A DNA stretch of 64,000 bases. Source: Candidatus Avispirillum faecium (GTDB taxonomy: Bacteria; Bacillota; Clostridia; Oscillospirales; CAG-272). The DNA lies in NCBI GenBank assembly GCA_904396155.1, contig CAJFOI010000034.1, forward strand, positions 16,959 through 80,958. Direction: 5' to 3'. Below are positions 54,957 through 63,893 of this stretch, piece by piece (within the stretch, counting starts at the first letter, position 1; each line of letters opens with the position of its first letter). The translations under genes and the position numbers were made by a program. Under the pieces are notes generated by a model. The model searched no databases and was not told the origin of the DNA. It saw nothing but the letters and a program-made list of their open reading frames with translations.

Positions 54957-56365
54957 CTACGCCAATTTTACCATTCATCCCAAATGAGATTACAGTGCAT
55001 TTGGGAGCACCGGACGCAGATGCACCTAATGTGACGGTCCCCTTTATTGATTACATAAAAAATGTCGCATCCAGCGAGCTGTACCCTACCTGGCCGGAAA
55101 ATGCGCTGCGCGCGAATATCATCGCGCAGGTTACTTTTGCATTAAACCGCATTTTTACAGGATATTATCGTTCCAGAGGCTATGATTTCGACATCACCAA
55201 TTCCACAACAATGGATCAGGCATATGTAGAAAACCGGGATATTTTTGAAAATATCAGCAATCTGGTCGATCAATTGTTTAATGTATACATTAAACGGGAT
55301 GGAAGTGTAGAACCAATATATGCTTTGTACTGCGACGGAATTCGGGTTCAGTGTGAGGGAATGAGTCAGTGGGGTTCTGTAGATCTTGCCGAGCAGGGGT
55401 ATACCCCTTATGAGATTCTTCAGTACTACTACGGGGACGATATTATCTTAAACTATAACACACCGATTCAGGATTTGCGGGATAGTTACCCCGGCCGTGT
55501 TCTTCGCGTGGGTTCTGTGGGAAACGCGGTGAATGTGGCGCAAACATGGTTGAACCGCATTTCGAAAAATTACCCCGCTATCCCTAAAATAACGGAATTG
55601 GGAGGAGTTTTTACAGAGCAGACGGCGGAAGCGGTACGTGCGTTTCAACGGATCTTTTCTCTCCCGCAGACAGGAGAAATCGATGAGGCGACTTGGTATG
55701 CGATGCAGCGGATCAACGCTGCAGTGAAGCGTCTGTCCGATCTGGATTCGGAGGGGGTTTCCATCGAAGAGGTGACCGGTCCGTTTCCTCCGCAACTGGG
55801 ACTGGGCGCCACAGGAGATCCTGTGCGGTTTGTTCAATACTATTTGAATTTTGTGGCGTATTATAACAACCGAGTCCCACCGGTGGACTTTAACGGGGTC
55901 TTTGACGAGAAGACGGAAAATTCCGTCCGAGCGTTTCAAGCAGAATACGGGTTGCCTGTCACCGGGATTGTGGATGTGTATACACTAAACATGCTGTATG
56001 ACATGTACCGCACCTTTCGTGACAGTATTCCAGAGGGATACTTTTTGGACAGTCCCGCTCCATATCCGGGATTTCCTATCGGTATCGGAGAAACAGGAGA
56101 CGAGGTTCGGTATCTGCAGGAATACTTAAACTATATTTCCAACACCTATACGCAGATCCCGAAGCTGAATGTGGATGGGATTTTCGGACCGGCAACGGAG
56201 GCTGCGGTGCTGGCCTATCAAAATATATTCGGCTTGGATCCCACGGGTGTTGCAGACATTGTAACTTATACGTCCATCGCAGGTACATTTCGCGCGCTGC
56301 GGGAGGGGACACAATCCAGCGCTGGCCAATACGGCGGAGACTTGTCGTCTGGCGGCGAGGCATAA
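54953..56365 (+). CDS. sleC: SleC-type spore cortex-lytic enzyme core with three peptidoglycan-binding repeats
   Basis: VPFIDYIKNVASSELYPTWPENALRANIIAQVTFALNRIFTGYYRSRGYDFDITNSTTMDQ and YCDG...QWGS match the SleC catalytic region (IPFKEYIKNIASSEIYSTWPEQ...). Three PG_binding_1-like repeats follow (e.g. TAEAVRAFQRIFSLPQTGEIDEATW). ATGA overlap with the previous ORF. Confidence 0.8.
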   Translation: MTTPILPFIPNEITVHLGAPDADAPNVTVPFIDYIKNVASSELYPTWPENALRANIIAQVTFALNRIFTGYYRSRGYDFDITNSTTMDQAYVENRDIFENISNLVDQLFNVYIKRDGSVEPIYALYCDGIRVQCEGMSQWGSVDLAEQGYTPYEILQYYYGDDIILNYNTPIQDLRDSYPGRVLRVGSVGNAVNVAQTWLNRISKNYPAIPKITELGGVFTEQTAEAVRAFQRIFSLPQTGEIDEATWYAMQRINAAVKRLSDLDSEGVSIEEVTGPFPPQLGLGATGDPVRFVQYYLNFVAYYNNRVPPVDFNGVFDEKTENSVRAFQAEYGLPVTGIVDVYTLNMLYDMYRTFRDSIPEGYFLDSPAPYPGFPIGIGETGDEVRYLQEYLNYISNTYTQIPKLNVDGIFGPATEAAVLAYQNIFGLDPTGVADIVTYTSIAGTFRALREGTQSSAGQYGGDLSSGGEA

Positions 56366-56386
56366 CGGGAAAGGAAGGCCCAGAGA

Positions 56387-56926
56387 ATGGCTTATATCGA
56401 TGTAAACAACGACAAGGAACGAATTCGGCAAATGCAGGATTATCTACGGCGACTGTCGCGGTGGACAGATGATTCCGCATTGTATGTGAGAGGAGACGGA
56501 ATTTACGGGGAGAATACAAAAAATGCTGTGCGGCATTTTCAGCAAAGCCGGGGGATCCTGCCTACCGGAGAGGCGGATCGAAATACCTGGGATGCAATCT
56601 ATCATGCCTATACTGCGTATAAGGAATATTTCGAAAACAGTAAACCCATCCACCCCTTTCCAAATACGCCGGGGTACCATGTGGAATTGGGTGAACGCAG
56701 CAGCTTGGTCTGTATATTAAAAATTATGCTCAACGAAATTAAACTGTTTTATGACTGCTATGCATACCTACCGCTCAATTATAAATATGATCAGGCGATG
56801 GCCGGTGCTGTGATGGAATTCCAGCGGGTAGTAGGACTGGAACCCACCGGAATTGTAGACAAATATACCTGGAATCGGCTGGCGGAGGAATATGATCTGG
56901 CCGTTAAAGAAGGAGGTGCACAATAA
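56387..56926 (+). CDS. peptidoglycan-binding domain protein (two PG_binding_1-like repeats)
   Basis: GENTKNAVRHFQQSRGILPTGEADRNTW and MAGAVMEFQRVVGLEPTGIVDKYTW. Confidence 0.75.
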   Translation: MAYIDVNNDKERIRQMQDYLRRLSRWTDDSALYVRGDGIYGENTKNAVRHFQQSRGILPTGEADRNTWDAIYHAYTAYKEYFENSKPIHPFPNTPGYHVELGERSSLVCILKIMLNEIKLFYDCYAYLPLNYKYDQAMAGAVMEFQRVVGLEPTGIVDKYTWNRLAEEYDLAVKEGGAQ

Positions 56927-56927
56927 A

Positions 56928-56950
56928 GGGGCGCGTGAGCGCCCGCTTTT
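56928..56950 (+). terminator. intrinsic terminator
   Basis: GGGCGC-GTGA-GCGCCC stem followed by GCTTTTTAT. Confidence 0.7.
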
Positions 56951-57057
56951 TATGCCCCTTTTTCCAAGCTTGCTTTTTCCTATACGGTTTGCTATAATAA
57001 AATCATATTATAAGCCATGGACGTATAAATTGCTGGAAGGGGAACAGGATTCTAAAG

Positions 57058-58866
57058 ATGGAACTTTTTGAAAAAAACGACAAACGCACCCATTACTGCG
57101 GTACACTTTCCGCCGCGGACACAGGGAAACGCGTGTGTGTACTGGGTTGGTGTCAGCGGCAGCGGGACCTTGGAGGGTTGATCTTCATTGATTTGCGGGA
57201 TCGCACCGGGATTGTGCAGCTTGCTTTTGACGAGAATACGGAAAAATCTGTTTTTGAAAAAGCGTTTGCAGTGCGCGCAGAATTTGTGCTGTGTGCAAAG
57301 GGGACAGTCCGTCCCCGGGGGGATGGCGCGGTAAATGATCAGCTTGCCACCGGCGAGATTGAGGTCGCTGTGGACGAACTGAAGATATTGTCTCAGGCTC
57401 AGACCCCGCCGTTTCCCATTGTAGAAAACAGCACGACCAACAGCGAGACCCGTATGCTTTACCGATTCTTGGATCTGCGCCGGCCGGATATGCAGAGGAA
57501 TTTGATGGCACGCAGCAAGATCAGCGGAATCGCGCGGCAATATTTTGCGGAAAACGGGTTTATAGATATTGAAACGCCCACGCTAATCAAGCCCACGCCG
57601 GAAGGAGCCAGAGACTATTTGGTGCCCTCCAGGGTACATCCCGGGTGCTTTTACGCACTGCCTCAGTCTCCCCAGCTGTATAAGCAGATGCTGATGTATG
57701 CGGGCTTTGACCGGTATTTTCAGATCGCCCGCTGTTATCGGGACGAGGATCTGCGTGCGGACCGGCAGCCGGAATTTACCCAGATCGATTTGGAGATGTC
57801 CTTTGGAGATGAAGAGGACATGATCCGTATCAACGAAGGCTTTTTGGAGCGGGTGTTTCGGGACTTTCTGCATCTTCCTCTGAAAACGCCTTTTCCCCGG
57901 ATCACCTATGCCGAGGCGATGCGCCGCTTCGGCAGCGACAAGCCGGATACCCGGTTTGGAATGGAACTTTGCGATCTCTCTTCTGTAGTGAAGGAATGTG
58001 GGTTTTCCGTATTTGCCCGCTGTGTTGCGGACGGCGGCAGCGTGCGGGGTATCCTCGTGCCGGGGGGGGCTTCCATGTCCAGAAAGGAAATCGATTCCCT
58101 GGGGGATTTCGTGAAAACCTATGGAGCGGGAGGGCTTGCCTGGTATAAAAATACGCAGACGCCGTCCTCTTCCTTTGCAAAATTTCTCAGCGGGGGGGAG
58201 ATGCAGGCGATCCTCGATGCCGTTGGCGCTGCACAGGGAGATCTTGTGTTGATTGTGGCCGCCAAGGATAAGGTGGTGTTCGATTCCTTGGGCGCGCTTC
58301 GATGCGAGGTGGCCAAGCGGCTGGAAATGATCGAGGCGGGTCGGTTTGACTTTCTCTGGGTGACGGAATTCCCGCTTCTGGAGTACGATGAGGAAGACGG
58401 AAGATATTATGCAAAACATCATCCTTTTACCATGCCCATGGAGGAGGATATGGGAAAACTTTCCTCTGATCCGGGTTCCGTTCGCTCTCGAGCGTACGAC
58501 ATTGTGCTCAACGGTACGGAGATCGGCGGCGGTTCGGTCCGCGTCCATACGGTGGAACGTCAGAAGCAGATGTTCGCAGCACTGGGCATTTCCGAAGAAG
58601 AGGCGGAGAAAAAGTTTGGTTTTTTGCTCCGCGCTCTGCACTACGGCGTCCCGCCCCATCTGGGTCTGGCGTATGGGTTGGATCGCCTGGTGGCGCTTCT
58701 CCTGGGAACGGAGGATATCCGCGACGTGATCGCTTTTCCCAAGGTGCAGAATGCTTCGGAGCCCATGTCCGGCTGCCCCTGTTTCCCAGATGATGCAGCA
58801 TTGCAGGAACTGCATCTCGCTGTGTGCCGGAATGCGGAGACTGCGCAGGGGCAGGCAAACGCATAA
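57058..58866 (+). CDS. aspS: aspartate--tRNA ligase (second, stand-alone copy)
   Basis: 602 aa with the same class II motifs as the 25108 copy (QSPQLYKQMLM, YRDEDLRADRQPEFTQIDLEMSF, GLDRLVALLLG). No T-box fits in the 130-nt upstream region. Confidence 0.95.
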   Translation: MELFEKNDKRTHYCGTLSAADTGKRVCVLGWCQRQRDLGGLIFIDLRDRTGIVQLAFDENTEKSVFEKAFAVRAEFVLCAKGTVRPRGDGAVNDQLATGEIEVAVDELKILSQAQTPPFPIVENSTTNSETRMLYRFLDLRRPDMQRNLMARSKISGIARQYFAENGFIDIETPTLIKPTPEGARDYLVPSRVHPGCFYALPQSPQLYKQMLMYAGFDRYFQIARCYRDEDLRADRQPEFTQIDLEMSFGDEEDMIRINEGFLERVFRDFLHLPLKTPFPRITYAEAMRRFGSDKPDTRFGMELCDLSSVVKECGFSVFARCVADGGSVRGILVPGGASMSRKEIDSLGDFVKTYGAGGLAWYKNTQTPSSSFAKFLSGGEMQAILDAVGAAQGDLVLIVAAKDKVVFDSLGALRCEVAKRLEMIEAGRFDFLWVTEFPLLEYDEEDGRYYAKHHPFTMPMEEDMGKLSSDPGSVRSRAYDIVLNGTEIGGGSVRVHTVERQKQMFAALGISEEEAEKKFGFLLRALHYGVPPHLGLAYGLDRLVALLLGTEDIRDVIAFPKVQNASEPMSGCPCFPDDAALQELHLAVCRNAETAQGQANA

Positions 58867-58942
58867 AATTTTCCTTTTATTGCCATAGGTTTGCGGCTTT
58901 GTGAATGAAATAAAAAAACTTCAAAAAAAGTAACAAAATATA

Positions 58943-58971
58943 TTGAATTTTTCGGCCGACCGTGGTATAAT
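58943..58971 (+). promoter_or_regulatory. sigma-70-type promoter for the dockerin-protein gene
   Basis: TTGAAT (58943-58948), 17-nt spacer, TATAAT (58966-58971), preceded by TGG. Confidence 0.65.
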
Positions 58972-59038
58972 TCTACCATACAGGGATAGCTATAGAAACA
59001 TGCTGTTCCGATTAATAATTTTAGGAGGATTATAAAAA

Positions 59039-61735
59039 ATGAGAAGATCCTTATCTCTCGTTTTGGTAGCTGCGATGCTTCTTTCGATGATGATTTTCAC
59101 CGTTCCCAGCGCATCTGCAGCTGCGACAGAGCCTTCACTGGACTGGGGCAACGCCTCTGCTACGGCGTATTATTTCCCCGGTGTAGTGGATTTCTATGAG
59201 GTCAGCGGCGCGAGCATCGACAGCGCGGCGCCTGCAGGTTCACCATCCAGAATTAAATTCAGAGGTGATCAAGACAGCGTTTTGAAATTGGACGGCACCA
59301 TCGATGAAGGCGAGTGGGGTGCGCCTGCGCTGACAATCAGTTCTGAGTATGCATCGGAGTTCAGCGGTACGGCCGGAAAAAAGAATCCGGAGTATTCGGA
59401 GCCTTCCAAGGAAAATACATATTATTATATAAGTCCCAATGCTGCGACTACGCCTGTGTACGATTACGGGATGGAGTATACCGCTTACTTTATGTGGGAT
59501 GAAGAGTTCTTTTACATGGCAGTAGACACCATGGACTACGACGGCCACACCAATTCGAAGACCAGCGCCACGGAAGGCGCCTGGAACGGAGACGCGGTGC
59601 AGTTCCGAATCGACCCGGACGGCCCCAACTCGGTTGCAGACGGGGAAGGCTATGATGGAAAACTGAATCCCTATCCCTGGAAGCGCCAGGAGTTAAACGG
59701 CTGGAGCGAGTCCTATTCTGAATTTCCCAACTTTATCGTTTCTCTTACAAAGCCCACTAATGCTGGTGTAATTGGCAGTACAGATGCATATGTAGAACGC
59801 TGGGATGCAGCGAAGCGGTACAATGTTGAAGAAAGTGCAGGGGCGGAAGGCGAAGATCCCATTCGTGTGGGTTCTGAGTCGGATGTGGCGTACGGCGCCG
59901 AGATCAACGGCGTAAGTTTGGGACCTGTTTACGCTTCTGCCACCACAAAGAGAAATCCCTTGACGGGTGCGGGCGTAACGACTCCGGCGCCTCTGCGGAC
60001 ACACACGCAGTATGAGATTGCGGTTCCGTGGGAATACATAGACAGTGCAGAGGATGTTCTGACTGCTGCTGGCGGCTTTGTTCCGGAGGCAGGCATGGAG
60101 CTTGGTATGGCACTGTGTCTGATGGACGGCGCGATGGGTGGCAGCGGATATACCCGTTACCTGGAATGGGGTAACGGCGTTACCAGAGATGCTACTTACA
60201 GCCACTGGGATGTGGCCGGCGGTTCCAACTGCCTGGTATTGGACGGAACTTCCTACAAGGAAGCAGATGTCTGCACACATGAGACCTTTGCCGATCCCAC
60301 CTGCGAGAGCGGGTACAAGTGTACCAACTGTGGTTATGAAAAAGGCCACGATTTAGGTCATCAGTTTAAATACTCTGAGGTTGCAATGCCTACGGAGACA
60401 TCTACCGGTAGAATTGTGGGTACTTGTACAAGAGAAGGCTGCGGATGCTGGGTGGAAAAGACCATTCCCGCAACGAAGTTTGAGACAGTCGGTTCCTTTA
60501 CGGCAGATCAGACCGGTCTGACCATGCTGCCCGATTATTTTGACACCGGAGAGGATGAGGCTTCGAAAGTGGGCTGGACCAAGACCTGGGTTGAAGCGGA
60601 CGGCACGCCCTATAAAGATGAGGAAGGAAATACCCGAAACGCCTACGAGATTTTGGACGGGGAAGCGGTGGCCAATCTGACCATGCTCAAGTATACGGGT
60701 ACGACTTTCTATGGGACGGAGGTATCTGATTTCTTCTCCTTTGCCCAGTCCATGGATATCTATATGACAGGTTACAGCTTTGCGTCCGAGGATGATCCGG
60801 AGGACGCCAACACCAATAATATGGCCGGAGAAGATGGATATACTTCCGGTGTGTATATGCAATTCGGCGGCGACGGCTATATGGCCAAAGACTATGAAGG
60901 TGGACTTTTCTATATCCCGGAAACGGATCAGTATTATTTTGCTGTGATAGATTTGACTAAGGGTGCCGCTGCTGCAAAGTTGCATACAGAAGAAGATTTG
61001 GAGACCTATGCGCTGGCTTACAATAAAGTAGATAAGGCAGAAGCAGAAGAACTCTTGTCATTTAACACATGGCATAATCTGAAAATTGCATATGACGATA
61101 CCACTCAAACCGCATTTGTGTTCTGGGACGGCGAGCTGATGACAGCAGCTTTTGCTTCCGTACATAAGTTTGTGAGAGGCAGCCAGGCTGATATGGCGGA
61201 TGGTACTTATAAGGACCAAGACGGCGTTGCGATTATGCGGACCTTTGACTTGCAGATGTATGCAAAGAATGTGGTCGTTGAGCGGATGGTTCCCGGTGAA
61301 GCGATCGAAGACGTCTGGCACAGACCCAGCAGCGGTGACACCTACACAGCAACCATCAACGGGGTTGCACAGGAGTATGCTGCAGGAGATACGGTCACAC
61401 TTACAGCGGAAGCGTTCTATATGGAAGGTGACTATGGGTATCGCTTTGCCGCTTGGACCGGCGATGTAGACGCTGTTGCAGATGTATCTGCCAGCCAGAC
61501 TACCTTTACCATGCCTGAAGGCAATGTGACCATTGATGCGGAATATCTGCTGATCGGGGATGCCAATTTGGACGGCAATTTGACATTGGAAGACTCGCTG
61601 TATATTGCGCAGATGGCTGTTGATTCACGCACATCAGTACCCGGTGGAGACATGGATAATGATGGTGTTATTGGTACACAAGATGTGATTTATATTGATT
61701 GGTATCTTGTCGGAACTTGGAAACCTACCAAATAA
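59039..61735 (+). CDS. large secreted protein with a CBM9/DOMON-like N-terminal module, a Cys-rich module and a C-terminal type I dockerin
   Basis: Signal peptide MRRSLSLVLVAAMLLSMMIFTVPSASA. Dockerin duplicated F-hand GDANLDGNLTLEDSLYIAQ...GDMDNDGVIGTQDVIYIDWYLVG. LDGTIDEGEWG...YFMWDEEFFYMAV resembles CBM9-like folds by eye. Confidence 0.8.
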   Translation: MRRSLSLVLVAAMLLSMMIFTVPSASAAATEPSLDWGNASATAYYFPGVVDFYEVSGASIDSAAPAGSPSRIKFRGDQDSVLKLDGTIDEGEWGAPALTISSEYASEFSGTAGKKNPEYSEPSKENTYYYISPNAATTPVYDYGMEYTAYFMWDEEFFYMAVDTMDYDGHTNSKTSATEGAWNGDAVQFRIDPDGPNSVADGEGYDGKLNPYPWKRQELNGWSESYSEFPNFIVSLTKPTNAGVIGSTDAYVERWDAAKRYNVEESAGAEGEDPIRVGSESDVAYGAEINGVSLGPVYASATTKRNPLTGAGVTTPAPLRTHTQYEIAVPWEYIDSAEDVLTAAGGFVPEAGMELGMALCLMDGAMGGSGYTRYLEWGNGVTRDATYSHWDVAGGSNCLVLDGTSYKEADVCTHETFADPTCESGYKCTNCGYEKGHDLGHQFKYSEVAMPTETSTGRIVGTCTREGCGCWVEKTIPATKFETVGSFTADQTGLTMLPDYFDTGEDEASKVGWTKTWVEADGTPYKDEEGNTRNAYEILDGEAVANLTMLKYTGTTFYGTEVSDFFSFAQSMDIYMTGYSFASEDDPEDANTNNMAGEDGYTSGVYMQFGGDGYMAKDYEGGLFYIPETDQYYFAVIDLTKGAAAAKLHTEEDLETYALAYNKVDKAEAEELLSFNTWHNLKIAYDDTTQTAFVFWDGELMTAAFASVHKFVRGSQADMADGTYKDQDGVAIMRTFDLQMYAKNVVVERMVPGEAIEDVWHRPSSGDTYTATINGVAQEYAAGDTVTLTAEAFYMEGDYGYRFAAWTGDVDAVADVSASQTTFTMPEGNVTIDAEYLLIGDANLDGNLTLEDSLYIAQMAVDSRTSVPGGDMDNDGVIGTQDVIYIDWYLVGTWKPTK

Positions 61736-61750
61736 AGACACCATATTACA

Positions 61751-61787
61751 AAAAGACCTCACAGGTTTTCTGTGAGGTCTTTTTTTC
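61751..61787. terminator. bidirectional intrinsic terminator (dockerin gene on +, spoVA operon on -)
   Basis: AAAAAGACCTCACAG-GTTTT-CTGTGAGGTCTTTTTTT. Confidence 0.88.
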
Positions 61788-61796
61788 ATAGATAGA

Positions 61797-62165
61797 TCAT
61801 TGTTTTCTTTTATCCCGAAAACAAAGAGCTACAAGTAGTCCGAAAATCAGCGCGGCGGCGATGCCGGCGGCTGCCGCGCCAATGCCGCCGGTGAGCGCAC
61901 CCAGAAGTCCGATTTTGTCTACTTCCTCCCGTACGCCCTGGGCGATCAGATATCCAAATCCGGTAAGCGGAGTAGAAGCACCGGCTCCGGCGAAATCTAT
62001 GAGGTGTTTGTAGATTCCGCAGCCGCCTAAGATCACCCCTGCTACCACATATGTGACCAGGATACGTGCAGGTGTCAGCTTTGTTTTGTCAATTAGAATT
62101 TGTGCAATTACGCAGAACAGGCCTCCTACAACAAAAGCCCAAATGTATGGCAAAATAACATCCAT
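61797..62165 (-). CDS. spoVAE: stage V sporulation protein AE (SpoVAEB-type)
   Basis: MDVILPYIWAFVVGGLFCVIAQILID is the typical start. 122 aa membrane protein located after spoVAD. Confidence 0.9.
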   Translation of the reverse strand: MDVILPYIWAFVVGGLFCVIAQILIDKTKLTPARILVTYVVAGVILGGCGIYKHLIDFAGAGASTPLTGFGYLIAQGVREEVDKIGLLGALTGGIGAAAAGIAAALIFGLLVALCFRDKRKQ

Positions 62166-62190
62166 TTTTTTTCCTTTCTATTCCGCTGTA

Positions 62191-63228
62191 TTATGAAGTC
62201 GGGTCTGACGTGATCCGGACAAGGTGTGCGATCCCTGGAATCGTTCCCCCTTGCTGGATCACAGTGGGATTCATCAGTGCGCCGGTGCCCACAAACAGCA
62301 TGTTGGTGATCTGCCCGGTACGAATGGCGCGCAGTACCTGGGCGGCCAGAACCACCGCGCTGCATCCGCATCCGCTGCCTCCTGCGTGTTTGTCCTGCCC
62401 TGTGCGGTCGTATATAATCAGGCCGCCGTCGCAGTGTACGGAAGATATATCCAGTCCTTTTGCCGCGGTCAGGTCGCACAAAATATTGCTGCCTTCAAAC
62501 CCCAGGTCGCCAGTTAGGATCATGTCGAAATCAGAAGGCAGAAGGCTGCTCTCCTTGAAATAGCGCAGAAGGGTATCGGCTGCTGCGGGAGCCATTGCAG
62601 CGCCCATATTGTTCGCGTCTTTGATACCTGCATCCAGAGACTTTCCGATGAGTACTTCTGAAATGGTGGGAACGGCTCCTTTGGAATAAGAAGATTTTAT
62701 AAGATCATCTTGGATACTTGTGAGGATAAAGGCGCCGGCCCCGGTGACGGTCCACTGCGCAGTGGGTGCACGCTGTCCGCCGTATTCCAGGGGATATCGA
62801 AACTGGCGTTCTGCAGAGGCATTGTGAGACGACGACACGGCGGCGCAGCGGTTTATGTGTGCGGAACAGAGAAGTGCAGATAAAAGCAGTGCTTCGGCTG
62901 CTGTGGAACATGCGCCGAAAAGTCCCAAAAAGGGTGCGTCAAAGCTGACCAGACCATAACAGGAGCCAGCACATTGGTTCAGCAGATCTCCGGCTAAAAT
63001 TGCCTCCAGGTCGGTATCCCGCAAAGCAGCGTAGTTGAGCGCGCGGGACAGCGCCAGACGCTGCATTTCACTTTCCGTTTTTTCCCAGGTGTCGCATCCA
63101 AAGGTGTCGTCCTTGTCTCCGATTATATCAAAGTATTCTCCCAAGGGGCCGTTTTTTTCGTGCTGCCCTGCAACGGTTGCAGCAGACAAAATATACACCG
63201 GCTTGGGTATTCGTATAATGCTTCCCAT
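62191..63228 (-). CDS. spoVAD: stage V sporulation protein AD
   Basis: 345 aa with a thiolase-like fold. N-terminus ...VYILSAATVAGQHEKNGPLGEYFD is typical of SpoVAD. Confidence 0.92.
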   Translation of the reverse strand: MGSIIRIPKPVYILSAATVAGQHEKNGPLGEYFDIIGDKDDTFGCDTWEKTESEMQRLALSRALNYAALRDTDLEAILAGDLLNQCAGSCYGLVSFDAPFLGLFGACSTAAEALLLSALLCSAHINRCAAVSSSHNASAERQFRYPLEYGGQRAPTAQWTVTGAGAFILTSIQDDLIKSSYSKGAVPTISEVLIGKSLDAGIKDANNMGAAMAPAAADTLLRYFKESSLLPSDFDMILTGDLGFEGSNILCDLTAAKGLDISSVHCDGGLIIYDRTGQDKHAGGSGCGCSAVVLAAQVLRAIRTGQITNMLFVGTGALMNPTVIQQGGTIPGIAHLVRITSDPTS

Positions 63229-63267
63229 TTTCCCTCCTACAGTTTTGTATTTTCTGCTATTGCCCGG

Positions 63268-63711
63268 TTACAGCACCAGCTGGATGATATAGTAAACTAC
63301 GCCATATACAGCACCGGCAGTGACACCGTACAGGATCACCGGCCCGGCGATGGTAAAAATTTTTGCGCCCACGCCCAAAATAAATCCTTCCCCTTTTGCA
63401 TCCAAGGCGGAGGAGGTGACGGCATTGGAAAAACCGGTGATGGGTACCAGTGTTCCGGCACCAGCGTGCTTGGCGATTCGGTCGAAAATGCCAATTCCTG
63501 TGAGCAGTGCGGCGATAAAGATCAATGTGACGGAAACCAGCGCACCGGCTTCTTTTTCTTTTAAGAAGGTAAGGTACAGATCTTTCAATCCTTGTGCAAT
63601 GGTGCAGATAAGACCGCCGTACAGGAATGCGCAGACGCAGTTTTTGGCGCAGGGGGATTTTTTTGCACGGGCGTCGGCATATTTTTGATAGGCTTTTTTG
63701 TCGATTTGCAT
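63268..63711 (-). CDS. spoVAC: stage V sporulation protein AC
   Basis: KKAYQKYADARAKKSP...FLYGGLICTIAQGL is typical of SpoVAC. The ATG at 63711 sits 7 nt after GGAAAGGAAG. Confidence 0.9.
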   Translation of the reverse strand: MQIDKKAYQKYADARAKKSPCAKNCVCAFLYGGLICTIAQGLKDLYLTFLKEKEAGALVSVTLIFIAALLTGIGIFDRIAKHAGAGTLVPITGFSNAVTSSALDAKGEGFILGVGAKIFTIAGPVILYGVTAGAVYGVVYYIIQLVL

Positions 63712-63794
63712 GGATGTGCTTCCTTTCCCGGATTCTGTCATGAGATAGTTTTTCCGATTTCAGGATTTTTAACCGTCTGCGGCGGAATAATTCA

Positions 63795-63823
63795 TTGACT
63801 TTTCTTCGTTTTCTGTATATAAT
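63795..63823 (+). promoter_or_regulatory. sigma-70-type promoter for the partial gene at the window end
   Basis: TTGACT (63795-63800), 17-nt spacer, TATAAT (63818-63823). Confidence 0.6.
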
Positions 63824-63893
63824 ACAGGTAAGGAAGGTGCAGGCTGCTGCCTGCGGTATTTTTCCGTTTGTAAACGAAAGGATGGATGGGATT

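Noticed and set aside
63712-63800. A forespore (sigma-F/G) promoter upstream of spoVAC.
   Set aside because: A forespore-specific promoter would be expected for spoVA, but I could not find a convincing match to the -35/-10 consensus by eye, so no feature is reported.
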